From a virus, in IMG/VR virus record IMGVR_UViG_3300028844_006119, positions 78,187 through 142,186 of that record: a DNA stretch of 64,000 nucleotides. One strand, 5' to 3'. Below, one piece after another: positions 1 to 9,400 of the stretch; the first letter of the stretch is position 1; every line of letters starts with the position of its first letter. A program made the position numbers and the translations under genes. The notes under the pieces were generated by a model. That model was given only the letters and a program-made list of their open reading frames with translations, searched no databases and was not told the origin of the DNA.

Positions 1-76
1 TTCCCTTGAATGTGACTCTTCGGTAGGAACAGGGACCTCGCAATATAGGCGGAGCCCTCCTTCATCGGCAGTAGTT

Positions 77-493
77 TCATTCCTTCTTTCCTCTCCCGAA
101 GATGTTGCCCGTGTACCTCTTGCGGGGGATATGAGATACTGCATCTGAGATCGTATCCACGAAGCCCTGCAGGGCATTAAGGCTACTGTTGTGTAGCGCA
201 ACTTCCCCGAAGGTATCGCCCGGTTCCGGGTCTACCTCTGATAGGGAGTGGCTTCCGATTTTGGTCCTCTTGGTGGGTGTTTTTCCTCCTGTGGGTGAAT
301 TTCGTCTAGCTATCGGGGCGGAATTTTCCTCCCGCTTCTGCTTTCTGCGGATTACTAGCCCGCAGGTGGTGACCGAGGGACATGCTCGGCATGTTCGGTC
401 ATCCCGGTCGTAGTAATCTTCGTCTCCGTAGCACTCCGGCTTACTTGAGGTATTGGCCGTCGTGCTATATCTTTTGCTGAACTCGTCAGACAT
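77..493 (-). CDS. Hypothetical protein with Cys cluster (possible Zn-binding)
   Basis: AGGAGG RBS upstream; PECYG...CRAC...C; preceded by the GTCATAA motif. Confidence 0.75.
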   Translation of the reverse strand: MSDEFSKRYSTTANTSSKPECYGDEDYYDRDDRTCRACPSVTTCGLVIRRKQKREENSAPIARRNSPTGGKTPTKRTKIGSHSLSEVDPEPGDTFGEVALHNSSLNALQGFVDTISDAVSHIPRKRYTGNIFGRGKKE

Positions 494-524
494 GGGCTAT
501 GCCTCCTATTAAGTGCCAAATTTG

Positions 525-550
525 TTATGACGCGGTATGGTAAGATCTAC
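525..550 (-). promoter_or_regulatory. Phage promoter-like motif (GTCATAA) for gene 77..493
   Basis: Minus strand gtagat-N13-GTCATAA, 32 nt upstream of ATG; motif recurs before other non-structural genes. Confidence 0.6.
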
Positions 551-571
551 ATGCTCGTCCGGAGTTTCCAC

Positions 572-1750
572 ATGTCTGTAATCGACCACCATGACGACCT
601 ATGCGAGTCCTTCCTGGCCTCTGTAGACCCCAATCAGGTGTCTGAGATCATGAAGACCTCTTCCTGGAGGGAGTCCTCGGACCTCCTGGACCGGGACTTT
701 GCGCTCATCCTGGTGGACGAGGTCGGCAAGGAGCACAGGAAGTTTGCCTGTTTCGACTCCGGCAATGCGCTGATGTCGGAGTGGTACCTTTTGCACGCTG
801 AGCACGGCCTAGACAGCGACTCCGTCAAGACCGCCGCCGCCAACATCGTAGACTCCCTGGAGCACTACGGACTGACCCCTGCACCCGCTTCCGTTTACCT
901 GGCAGACCGTACTTCCGGGGCAGATTCTCGGAGGGTTAAGGTAGCTGGGGCTCCAATGTCTGACTCCCACAGCTCTATTCGCGCCGCAAAGGGTGGGGCG
1001 ATTGGGGGAGCAGCTCTGGGAGCGATTTCTGGAGCTAAGGGAGGGGGGACTCCTCTTCAGATCGCCGGTCGGATGCTAGGCAGAGGCGCCGCAGTGGGCA
1101 CCGCTGGCGCGCTGGGAGTGGGCGGTATGGACTACACAGCCAAGAACGCCTCGGCGTTTGACTACGTAGCAGACGCTGCCGCTTCGTGGGACGACCTCGA
1201 TCCGTACGACAGACACGAAGTTGCTGTAAATCTGGTGAAGGTCGCCTCCGCAGGCGGAGCAACCGTTCCTGGCCACATTCGCGCCTACAGCGGCACTTCC
1301 TTGAGCCCGAACTTCAAGAAGATCGCAGAGGCCCGCAGGGACTTCACCTCCCAGCAAGACACCCAGGACGGGTACACGCGGTTGTCGAAGATGGCCGCGG
1401 CCATGGACCCTGATGATGTCGTCGAGGCCATGTACCTCCTAGACGAGCAGGCCCAGATCAACCACCGCTACGGAAGTCGCATCCCCGACCCAGTTCTGTC
1501 CGTCTATGGCACCACCAAGGAGGCAGAGTTCTCCTGGACCCACGGCGGCGACTATGTGAACGAGAGGATGCTAAAGAGGTACGCGGGCAGCGATTCCTCC
1601 CAGAAGATGGAAGATGTCTTCACCGATGATCTCAAGGATCTCTTTCGGAGAGACCCCATCTCTGTGTTCAAGCGGATGCCCGACGAGCAGAAGATCCTCC
1701 TCGCTAGAATGGCCTCCCAGTCCCGAGATAACAATAACGGCGGATACTGA
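572..1750 (+). CDS. Putative head-associated protein with multiple K-x-A sites and an internal Gly-zipper cassette
   Basis: GGAG RBS favours ATG 572 over 527; KTAA, KVAG, KNAS, KVAS, KIAE, KMAA, KEAE; GGAIGGAALGAISG segment. Confidence 0.75.
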   Translation: MSVIDHHDDLCESFLASVDPNQVSEIMKTSSWRESSDLLDRDFALILVDEVGKEHRKFACFDSGNALMSEWYLLHAEHGLDSDSVKTAAANIVDSLEHYGLTPAPASVYLADRTSGADSRRVKVAGAPMSDSHSSIRAAKGGAIGGAALGAISGAKGGGTPLQIAGRMLGRGAAVGTAGALGVGGMDYTAKNASAFDYVADAAASWDDLDPYDRHEVAVNLVKVASAGGATVPGHIRAYSGTSLSPNFKKIAEARRDFTSQQDTQDGYTRLSKMAAAMDPDDVVEAMYLLDEQAQINHRYGSRIPDPVLSVYGTTKEAEFSWTHGGDYVNERMLKRYAGSDSSQKMEDVFTDDLKDLFRRDPISVFKRMPDEQKILLARMASQSRDNNNGGY

Positions 1751-2541
1751 TGTCCTTGTTCAAGGACGAGCAGGCTCATCCATTGATCCTCCTCAGGAAG
1801 TACCTGGGGATGTTCGGCATTGACGCCCTGGAGTGGGAGCCGCCCGTGATCAAGAGCTCGGTAGAGGATGAGACGGGGACTTCAATCGCCCGGATCAACC
1901 TGCTGAAGCTCATGGCCGCCATCGCCGTGGCCAATCACGATTCGTTCTGGAAGGACTGGCAGACGTTCCACTTCCTTACCGCTGCCTTGAACAACAACAT
2001 CCCATCCGCCGCAGTCCTGTCGGATCAGACCGTGGGACAGATGATGACCGCGGTAGACATCGCGAACACCATACGTAAAGACTTGGGGAAGGCCACGTCA
2101 GTGCCTTCCTTTGGGGAGAAAGTCGCTCGGTACATCGCAGCGCAGGCCCTCGAGTCTGGAATTTGGTACCTGCCGTCCCCTCTAGGCTTCGCAAACAAGT
2201 ACTGTGCCGGGCTCATGCAGCGGTGCGGGAGATGCAGTAATGAGGAGGAGCGTCAGGATGACGGGCTCTGTAGTTATTGTACGGAGAGGTACAGCATGGA
2301 CTCCCTGCAGAAGATGGAGCCAGATCCCGACCTGGCAGGGCAATGGGACGCATCTAAGGTGAAGCCTTTTACCCTGCACCCATACGAGGGAGTAAGTCAG
2401 CGCCTGACCGAAGCTCTCACCCATAAGGACGTGGTCCTGGGGGAGACTCAGGATGACATCTGCGCCGCTAAACTGCTGACCGGACTGGAGTACATGAGCT
2501 ATAGAAGGGCTCAACTCAGGTCTCAAGGGGCGACTCAGTGA
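1750..2541 (+). CDS. Hypothetical protein upstream of portal, with CxxC...CxxC
   Basis: TGATG-coupled to previous ORF; CGRC...CSYC. Confidence 0.75.
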   Translation: MSLFKDEQAHPLILLRKYLGMFGIDALEWEPPVIKSSVEDETGTSIARINLLKLMAAIAVANHDSFWKDWQTFHFLTAALNNNIPSAAVLSDQTVGQMMTAVDIANTIRKDLGKATSVPSFGEKVARYIAAQALESGIWYLPSPLGFANKYCAGLMQRCGRCSNEEERQDDGLCSYCTERYSMDSLQKMEPDPDLAGQWDASKVKPFTLHPYEGVSQRLTEALTHKDVVLGETQDDICAAKLLTGLEYMSYRRAQLRSQGATQ

Positions 2542-3503
2542 TTTCCAGCGGCTCCCTCTTTTTCTTCAGCGACGAAATACAAAAGTGTGCAGGCATGCCT
2601 GCGCCTCAGCAAGCGCAGCAACCTGAGAAGAAACAGAGCTTTCTCTCCAGGAACAAGATGACTTTGGGAGCCGGCGCTCTTGCCGCAGGGATGATCCTAA
2701 AGAACCCCCAGGCAGCCTCCAAGTACCTGGGCCAAGTGAAGCAGATGGTCACTAACCCTAAGGCAGCCCTTCAGCGTGGCTGGAGATCTGGCTCATCCAA
2801 CATCACCGGCAAGGTCCCCGGGGCCTCCGAGTCGGCGTCCAAGAGAGTCAGACTGTACAAGGACGTCTTAAGCTCGGCCGAGCAAGGCAAGCTTCAGTCC
2901 GTCAAATCCCTCGACACTATTGGCGCGGGGGGAACTTCTGCGAGAGCTTCGGGCTGGGGAAGCGCGGGTAGGTCGTTCAGTAGAGCAGGACAAGAGCTAA
3001 AGATGTCCCCCGATCTCACTAAGAGAGTGGGAGACATGCAAGCCAAGCTCAAGGCCGGAGAAGAAGTCTCAGAGCAAGCCTTGAAGGGCCTTTATGCTGA
3101 GATTCAGGGTGCTGGAAAGGGCCTTAAGATGAGGAAGGGCCTGTCGTACTATGCCCCTGGAGAGCGTACGATGATGACAGGTCTGGGCACAGGTCTGGGG
3201 GCAACGGCGGGCCTTGAGACCCACGATGCGGAAACAGGACGCAAGAGGGGCGTGGCGGAGCGAGTTGCTCGCGGGACTGTCGGTGCTGCGACTGGCACCG
3301 CGATGTCCTCCCTATTCATGGGACGAGGCGCAAGGCTCAGCAGCAAGAACTTATTCACAGGAAATAGAGGCTCTCTGCTCAGCCAAAAGGGACTTCTGCC
3401 AGTCGCGGCAACGACTCCCCTACTGGTGGGTACTGAGGCCGCTGGGGAGGTCGCGGGGAAGGGCGGAGAGCTGGCCGACAGAGCCTTTGGACAGAAATCA
3501 TGA
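2538..3503 (+). CDS. Leader-bearing (FFSDEIQKCA) basic Gly-rich protein with hydrophobic segments
   Basis: Overlapping GTGA start; leader at aa 9-18; LGAGALAAGMIL and GLGTGLGATAG segments. Confidence 0.75.
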   Translation: MISSGSLFFFSDEIQKCAGMPAPQQAQQPEKKQSFLSRNKMTLGAGALAAGMILKNPQAASKYLGQVKQMVTNPKAALQRGWRSGSSNITGKVPGASESASKRVRLYKDVLSSAEQGKLQSVKSLDTIGAGGTSARASGWGSAGRSFSRAGQELKMSPDLTKRVGDMQAKLKAGEEVSEQALKGLYAEIQGAGKGLKMRKGLSYYAPGERTMMTGLGTGLGATAGLETHDAETGRKRGVAERVARGTVGAATGTAMSSLFMGRGARLSSKNLFTGNRGSLLSQKGLLPVAATTPLLVGTEAAGEVAGKGGELADRAFGQKS

Positions 3504-5602
3504 ACGTAGTTTCTAGCGAATCAAACCGATTCAACCCGCGCCCTGTCGACTATGAGGGTGGCCGGGGCTTCGGCATTCGCTACCCGTCCCCCTTCTTCGA
3601 TGTCGCGCAGCAGTTTCTTCCGTCCGACGTACACCAGCTCCATCACTGGTGTCGGTACTACTTTCTGACCAACCCGGTTATCAACGCTGCCTGCTCCAAG
3701 ATGGCGGAGTACCCCGTCACTCCTCTCGTCTTTGAGACGGAAGACCCCAAGCTGGTAGAGCTGGGCAAGTCCCTAGAAGATCAGCTAAAGCTGCGATCTT
3801 TTCAGGTTGAAGTCGGACTAGACTACTTTGTCTACGGAAATGCGTTCATCTCGCTGTTCTTCCCGTTTGAGAAGTACCTCCTCTGCCCGAAGTGCAAGGA
3901 GCGTTACCGCGCCAGCAAGAACCGCTTCAGATACAAGTGGCGGAGCGGTCGCTTCTATCTGAAGGAGTGCAAGTGCGGGTACCAGGGGTACGCGAAGCAG
4001 CAGGATGTCTACATCCGCAGCGCGCGCGACATTCGCCTGGTTCGGTGGAATCCAGAGAACGTCAACATCAAGTACAACGAGATCACAGGTAAGGCGAAGT
4101 ACTACTTCAAGCTGCCTCGAGCGATCGCCAACGATATCAAGTTGGGCGACGCGGACACGATCGAGACGCTACCCCTTGAGTTCCTAGAGGCTGCCCGTAA
4201 GAAGAAGTCCCTCCTGTTTACTCAGGACAACCTCTATCACTTGAAGCGTCCGACGATTGCCCAGAAGGATCAGGGCTGGGGCACTCCCCTGATCTACCCC
4301 TTGCTGAAGGACGCGTTCTACCTGCAGGTCATGAAGAAGGCGAACGAGGCGGTCCTCATGGAACACATCGTTCCTATGAGGATACTCTTCCCTGGGCAGA
4401 GCACGGGCGGGAATGAGGGTCCATACGGATCCTATAACCTGAGCAACTGGAAAAAGAAGGTAGACGCTGAGATCAACATGTGGCGTCGGGACCACAACTA
4501 CATCCCAGTTCTGCCCGTGAACGTCGGGTTCCAGCAGATCGGCGGACAGGGCCGAGCCCTTCTGATGTACCAGGAGATGCGTCTTCTTTCGGAGCAGATG
4601 CTCGCGGGCGCAGGAATCCCTGTCGAGTTCATCTTCGGCGGGCTTCAGTGGAGCGGGTCCAGCACCTCCCTCCGGGCTCTGGAGAACATGTTCCTGGGGT
4701 ACAACAAGCAGCGCCATGAGCTCGTAAACAAGTTCATCGTGGAGAAGGTTTGCTCCTTCATGCGTTGGCCCAAGATCTCGGTGCGCTTTGACAAGTTCAA
4801 GATGGCCGACGATCTGCAGAGAAGCATGTTCTACCTGCAGCTCAACCAGGCGCAGAAGGTCAGTGACCGCAGGCTGCTTGAGGAGATCGGAGAGAACTTC
4901 GATCTCGAGAACGATCGCATGATGTCCGAGCTAAAGAAGAACCTTCAGACGCAGCGCACCATGCAGGTCGCCGGTGCTGACGTTCAGGGAGAGATCCAGC
5001 TTCGCACTTCCCGGTACCAGGCTAAGTCTCAGTCCCTAATGGCGAAGGCACAGGCCGAAGTCCAGATGGAGATGCAGAAGAAGCAGCTGGAGATGCAGCA
5101 GCAGATGCAGCAGCAGGTGCAGCAGGGTGCAAACCCTCAACAGGTTCAGGCGGCGCAGCAGGCGGCGCAGCAACAACAAGGCGCAGCAGCACAGGCCGCC
5201 CCGCAAGGTCAGGCTCAGCAGGGCGGAGGTCAGGCTCAGCAGACTCCCGGTATGCCGGACGGGGCCACCGCGTACGATGAGAACGCGAAGTCTCCTAACG
5301 ACACGGGGATGCCCGCAGCTATGGCGGGTATGACTTCTCAGATCCAGCAGGGAGCTGGAGGAGTAGACCTTCGATACATCGCCCAGAGAGCCGCGGCGTT
5401 CTTGAAAACGGTCAAGAAGGAGCAGGGCCCTGAGGCCATGTACAAGTCTTTGGCCGAGATGCAAACCGGCAATCCGAATCTCTATCAGCTGGTTGTCCAG
5501 CTATTGAACGATACAGGATCTAAGGAAAATCCCCAGAACGCCCAGGCGGCCCCCAAGCCTAACGGGAATCCGCAAGCGGATATTTCCCGTCAGGTGGGGT
5601 AG
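3500..5602 (+). CDS. Portal protein (with Zn-ribbon-like insert and Gln-rich C-terminal extension)
   Basis: Portal-like motif series: INAACSKMAEYP, LDYFVYGNAFI, RWNPENVNI, YHLKRP...GWGTPLI, LAGAGIPVEFI; CPKC...CKC insert. Confidence 0.75.
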   Translation: MNVVSSESNRFNPRPVDYEGGRGFGIRYPSPFFDVAQQFLPSDVHQLHHWCRYYFLTNPVINAACSKMAEYPVTPLVFETEDPKLVELGKSLEDQLKLRSFQVEVGLDYFVYGNAFISLFFPFEKYLLCPKCKERYRASKNRFRYKWRSGRFYLKECKCGYQGYAKQQDVYIRSARDIRLVRWNPENVNIKYNEITGKAKYYFKLPRAIANDIKLGDADTIETLPLEFLEAARKKKSLLFTQDNLYHLKRPTIAQKDQGWGTPLIYPLLKDAFYLQVMKKANEAVLMEHIVPMRILFPGQSTGGNEGPYGSYNLSNWKKKVDAEINMWRRDHNYIPVLPVNVGFQQIGGQGRALLMYQEMRLLSEQMLAGAGIPVEFIFGGLQWSGSSTSLRALENMFLGYNKQRHELVNKFIVEKVCSFMRWPKISVRFDKFKMADDLQRSMFYLQLNQAQKVSDRRLLEEIGENFDLENDRMMSELKKNLQTQRTMQVAGADVQGEIQLRTSRYQAKSQSLMAKAQAEVQMEMQKKQLEMQQQMQQQVQQGANPQQVQAAQQAAQQQQGAAAQAAPQGQAQQGGGQAQQTPGMPDGATAYDENAKSPNDTGMPAAMAGMTSQIQQGAGGVDLRYIAQRAAAFLKTVKKEQGPEAMYKSLAEMQTGNPNLYQLVVQLLNDTGSKENPQNAQAAPKPNGNPQADISRQVG

Positions 5603-5862
5603 CGCAGCATGGGGAGATCTATGCCCGCAGGGAACTTCAGCGGATCCCCGGCCCCTGAGGGGTACAGGTACGCAAGGATTTCCCTGGAGTTGTCTATTAG
5701 GCATCTTTCGTGGAAGATCGGCTCTTGGTCTCCTGAGTCGAAGTAGGTCTCCGATACGGTGTACCTCTTTGGCCTCCTCCCCACCTCATACCTGGACAGG
5801 CTGACCATCTTCTCATTCTCTACGATCTGGGCCGTGCACCAGTCGCACTTGAATCTATCCAT
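5590..5862 (-). CDS. Small hypothetical Zn-finger-like protein
   Basis: CDWC...HERC; coupled to upstream ORF. Confidence 0.65.
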   Translation of the reverse strand: MDRFKCDWCTAQIVENEKMVSLSRYEVGRRPKRYTVSETYFDSGDQEPIFHERCLIDNSREILAYLYPSGAGDPLKFPAGIDLPMLRYPT

Positions 5863-6166
5863 CGACGATGGCCAGCATCAGTACTCCGCTCTCATACCCG
5901 CAGATTTCGCATTTACCGTTGCCGTAGTAAGGCTGTAGGATGAGACCCTCGGTGCAGGTCGAGCAGACCCACAAGTAGTCCCCAAACGCATTATCGATAA
6001 GAGAGCATGTCTCACACGCCACATCACTACAGAGGCTTTCGGCCAAGGGACAGTACGCCGTATGTATCGGCTCGTCCCTCTGCTTCTTCTCTGTCGGGAC
6101 CGCCGGGGCATCTAAAGAGAAGCCGGAGGGCCGGGCAAAAAGCCCGGCCCTCCTCTTCTTACTCAC
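5855..6166 (-). CDS. Cys-rich hypothetical protein
   Basis: CETC, CSTC, CEIC pairs. Confidence 0.65.
   Translation of the reverse strand: MSKKRRAGLFARPSGFSLDAPAVPTEKKQRDEPIHTAYCPLAESLCSDVACETCSLIDNAFGDYLWVCSTCTEGLILQPYYGNGKCEICGYESGVLMLAIVDG
6125..6160 (+). terminator. GC-rich hairpin, possible terminator of + strand (portal) transcripts
   Basis: ggagggccgggc-aaaaa-gcccggccctcc, perfect 12-bp stem followed by tcttctt. Confidence 0.4.
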
Positions 6167-6266
6167 CGTCGAGCTCGTCTAGCTCAGCGAGCGCGTCCTT
6201 CAGGACGCGCTCGCTCTGCTGCATCAGCCCCACCACGAAGGCGAGGCCGAATAGCCCCACGACCAC
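6159..6266 (-). CDS. Small membrane peptide, 35 aa (MVVGLFGLAFVVGLMQQSERVLKDALAELDELDGE); not in the ORF track
   Basis: GGAGG upstream; start overlaps upstream TAG (TAGTG); stop overlaps start of 5855..6166. Confidence 0.5.
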   Translation of the reverse strand: MVVGLFGLAFVVGLMQQSERVLKDALAELDELDGE

Positions 6267-6349
6267 TACGCCTCCCGAAAGAGGCGGTCAACCTCTTCTT
6301 GTGGGGTCTCGGGGGTCGGGGTCTCAGTCTCGTCAGCTGTATAGATCAT
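6266..6349 (-). CDS. Small acidic peptide, 27 aa (MIYTADETETPTPETPQEEVDRLFREA); not in the ORF track
   Basis: AAGGAG RBS before ATG 6349; first ORF after the GTCATAA motif at 6392. Confidence 0.45.
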   Translation of the reverse strand: MIYTADETETPTPETPQEEVDRLFREA

Positions 6350-6391
6350 TCTTCACTCCTTTTTGGTCGGGCTATGTCCCGACCAAAAGAG

Positions 6392-6418
6392 TTATGACTC
6401 GTAAACAATAAGGATTCA
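6392..6418 (-). promoter_or_regulatory. Phage promoter-like motif (GTCATAA), divergent from the RNAP gene
   Basis: tgaat-N15-GTCATAA, 43 nt upstream of ATG 6349. Confidence 0.55.
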
Positions 6419-6419
6419 C

Positions 6420-9400
6420 ATGGCAAACCTGGCTCCAGGGGACGCATACCGCCTCCTCGAAGAAAGAACCAAAGAAGCCATCAAGAGTCACTTCCCGGTC
6501 GAAGGCCGAGAAAACAGACTCGAGTTGGTAGATATTTCCACGGATGAGGATGCCTCCTCTGCGTCTGGAAAGCACCACAGCTACAACCACACGTCTCAGA
6601 CGGACGCAAAGCTCCATGACAGAACATGGGGTCCCAACATCGTAGGGACGTTCCGGCTCGTAAACATGGAGACGGGTAAGGTCGTAGACCAGGGGAAGCG
6701 CACCCTGGGCCAGCTGCCTAAGATCACCAGTCGGTACAGCTACATCGTTGAGGGGAACGAACGTCAAGTCGACAGCGTCTTCCGCCTTAACCCCGGCGCC
6801 TATCACGTAGAGGCCGACAACGGAGATCTTCTTGCGAAGTGGAACGTCGCCGCAGGATCCAAGGTTGGTTCGTTCAAGATCTCCATTGAGCGTAAGCATC
6901 CCAAGAAACTGGGGGCCATGTACCTGATTGTGAAGAGTGGCACGCAGTCTACTCGCAAGATCCCGGCGTACGGAATCCTCTCCGCCCTGGGAGTATCCGA
7001 CCCTGCTATGCGCAAGGCGTGGGGAGAATCCGTATTCGAGGTAAACCGCAGGATCTCCAAGCCCAACGACCTTCTAAACTTTCACGAAGCGGTGGAGAAG
7101 CGCCGAGCGGGCAAGGATAAGTACGAGACGCCTACCCTCTCCGAGGCCCGCAAGTTTGCGAAGGAAGTCTTCGAGGGCGCAGAAGTAAACCCCGATACGA
7201 TGCTTGCTACGCTGGGCAAGAAGTTCACCAACATCTCTGGGGACGCTCTCCTGGCCTCCTCGGCCAAGGTGGTGGGAATTAGCAAGGGGACCGCGGAGCC
7301 TGACGACAGACAGTCTCTCTCCAACAAGCGCCTCTTCGGGATGGAAGATTTCATCCACGAGGAGATCTCTAAGGGATCGTCTCGGTTCGAGATGCAGAAG
7401 AAGATCCGGAACAACCTCGATCGTAAGGGCAAGATCTCAGACATTCTTCCGGCTGCGTCCGTGGGGTATGGGAGGCTGATCACGCGCAAGTTCAAGGCTG
7501 CCCAACTTCCGACCCAGACAAATCCCCTTCAGTTCGTGTCTAACCACACGAAGACGACCATTCTCGGTCAGGCGTTTGGCGGAATTAAGGGAGACAATGT
7601 CAACCTTGATCGAGACAAGCTGATCAATCCCTCTCACTTGGGGCTGCTTGATCCTCTGCAGACACCAGAGAACACCTCTACCGGCGTCTCGCTGCACATC
7701 CCAATCGGGGCCAATAAGAAAGGTCAGCAGCTTTACACAAAAGTCCTGAACGTAAAGACCGGGAAGTTCGAGAATAAAAACGCAGCGGAGATGGAGAAGG
7801 CCGTCGTTGCATACCCCGACCAGGTGAAAATCACCCGCACGAAGACCGGAGCCACAGTCCGGCCCCTGCACCCCGACGTTGTCGTCTATGACTCAGACCG
7901 CAGCACGGCCAAGAGGCCCTGGAAGGACGTCCAGTACGTTCTTCCCAACGCAAAGACACTATTCTCGGTTAGCGCAAACATGATCCCGTTCGTTCAGAAC
8001 GACAACGGGAACCGAGCCATGATGGCCGCTAAGCACCAGGAGCAAGCAGTCTCTCTGAAAGACCGAGAAGCCCCGCTGGTTCAGGCTGAATTTGCGGGAG
8101 GGGTCTCATTCGACCAGATGATCGGCAAGTTGAACTCTACTACCGCTAGTGTGGCCGGAACTGTGTCGAGAATCACCAAGGATTCTGTTTACATAAAGGG
8201 CGCGGCAGGAAAAGCGGTGTCCCACCCGATCTACAACCACCATCCCCTCAACGGCACGAAGCACATGATGCATTCGACTCCGGTTGTGAAGGTGGGAGAC
8301 AAGGTAAAGGTTGGACAGCTCATCGCCGACTCTAACTTCACCAAGGACGGCACCCTATCCTTGGGTACGAATCTTCGCGTCGGGTATCTGCCGTACAAGG
8401 GCTACAACTTTGAGGACGGGACCGTCATCTCGGAGACTGCCGCCAAGAAGTTGGTGTCCACCCATCTCCACATCGAAGAAGCGGAGATGTTCGCCAACGT
8501 AGTCGTAAACAGGAAGCTGTGGAGAAACTTCGCTGGGGCCAACAAGGCCACGGCAGAAGTGATGAGCAAGCTGGACGAGGATGGCGTCATCAAGGAGGGA
8601 GCCAAGGTAGTTCCCGACGATGTGTTGATCACTCGGCTGGTCAAGGCGGAGATGACTCGAGAGAACCAGGACGTCAAGAGGTCCCTGAAGAAGGCTATCC
8701 GGGACTACAAAGACGCCGCAGTGGTCTGGAAGCATGAGTACGGCGGCACTGTCGTTCGAGTCGTCAAGACTGCGAAGAAGATCCAGGTTCATATCCGCAC
8801 TGAGCAGACAATGGAGCCCGGAGATAAGCTGTCGGGGCGTCACGGTAACAAGGGAATCATCACCAAGATCCTGCCTGACGATATGATGCCCAAGGATAAG
8901 AGCGGGAAGCCCGTCCATGTCCTGATGAGCCCCGCAGGCGTCCCATCCCGTATGAATGTCGGGCAGGTCCTGGAGACGGCTGCAAGTAAGATTGCCCGCA
9001 AGACGGGAAAGTCGTACAAGATCGAGAACTTCGATGCCTCCGTTGATTACTCCCAGAAGATTAAGGATGAGCTCAAGAAGCACAATCTTTCCGATACGGA
9101 GGAGCTTTTCGATCCCGAAACCGGAGAGTCTCTCGGGCAGATCTTTACGGGTGAGCAGTACATGCTCAAGCTGGACCACCAGGCCGAAAAGAAGGTGTCT
9201 GCCCGATCTGGAGGATCTGGGTATGCCTATCGGCCCACCGGCGAGGCAATCTCCGGTTCGGGCATCGGGAAGGGCGGGCAACGAATTGGTGGCCTAGACA
9301 CCTACGCTCTGCTGGCACACGGAGCCAAGAGAAATCTGATGGAGATGCAGACCTACAAGTCTGACTCCGAGCAGGCCCGGGATGTCTGGATTCGGGTGAT

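Noticed and set aside
6372-6899. 175-aa minus-strand ORF overlapping the RNAP start
   Set aside because: Antisense to the RNAP gene and runs through the promoter motif; the micro-ORFs at 6159..6349 explain the region better
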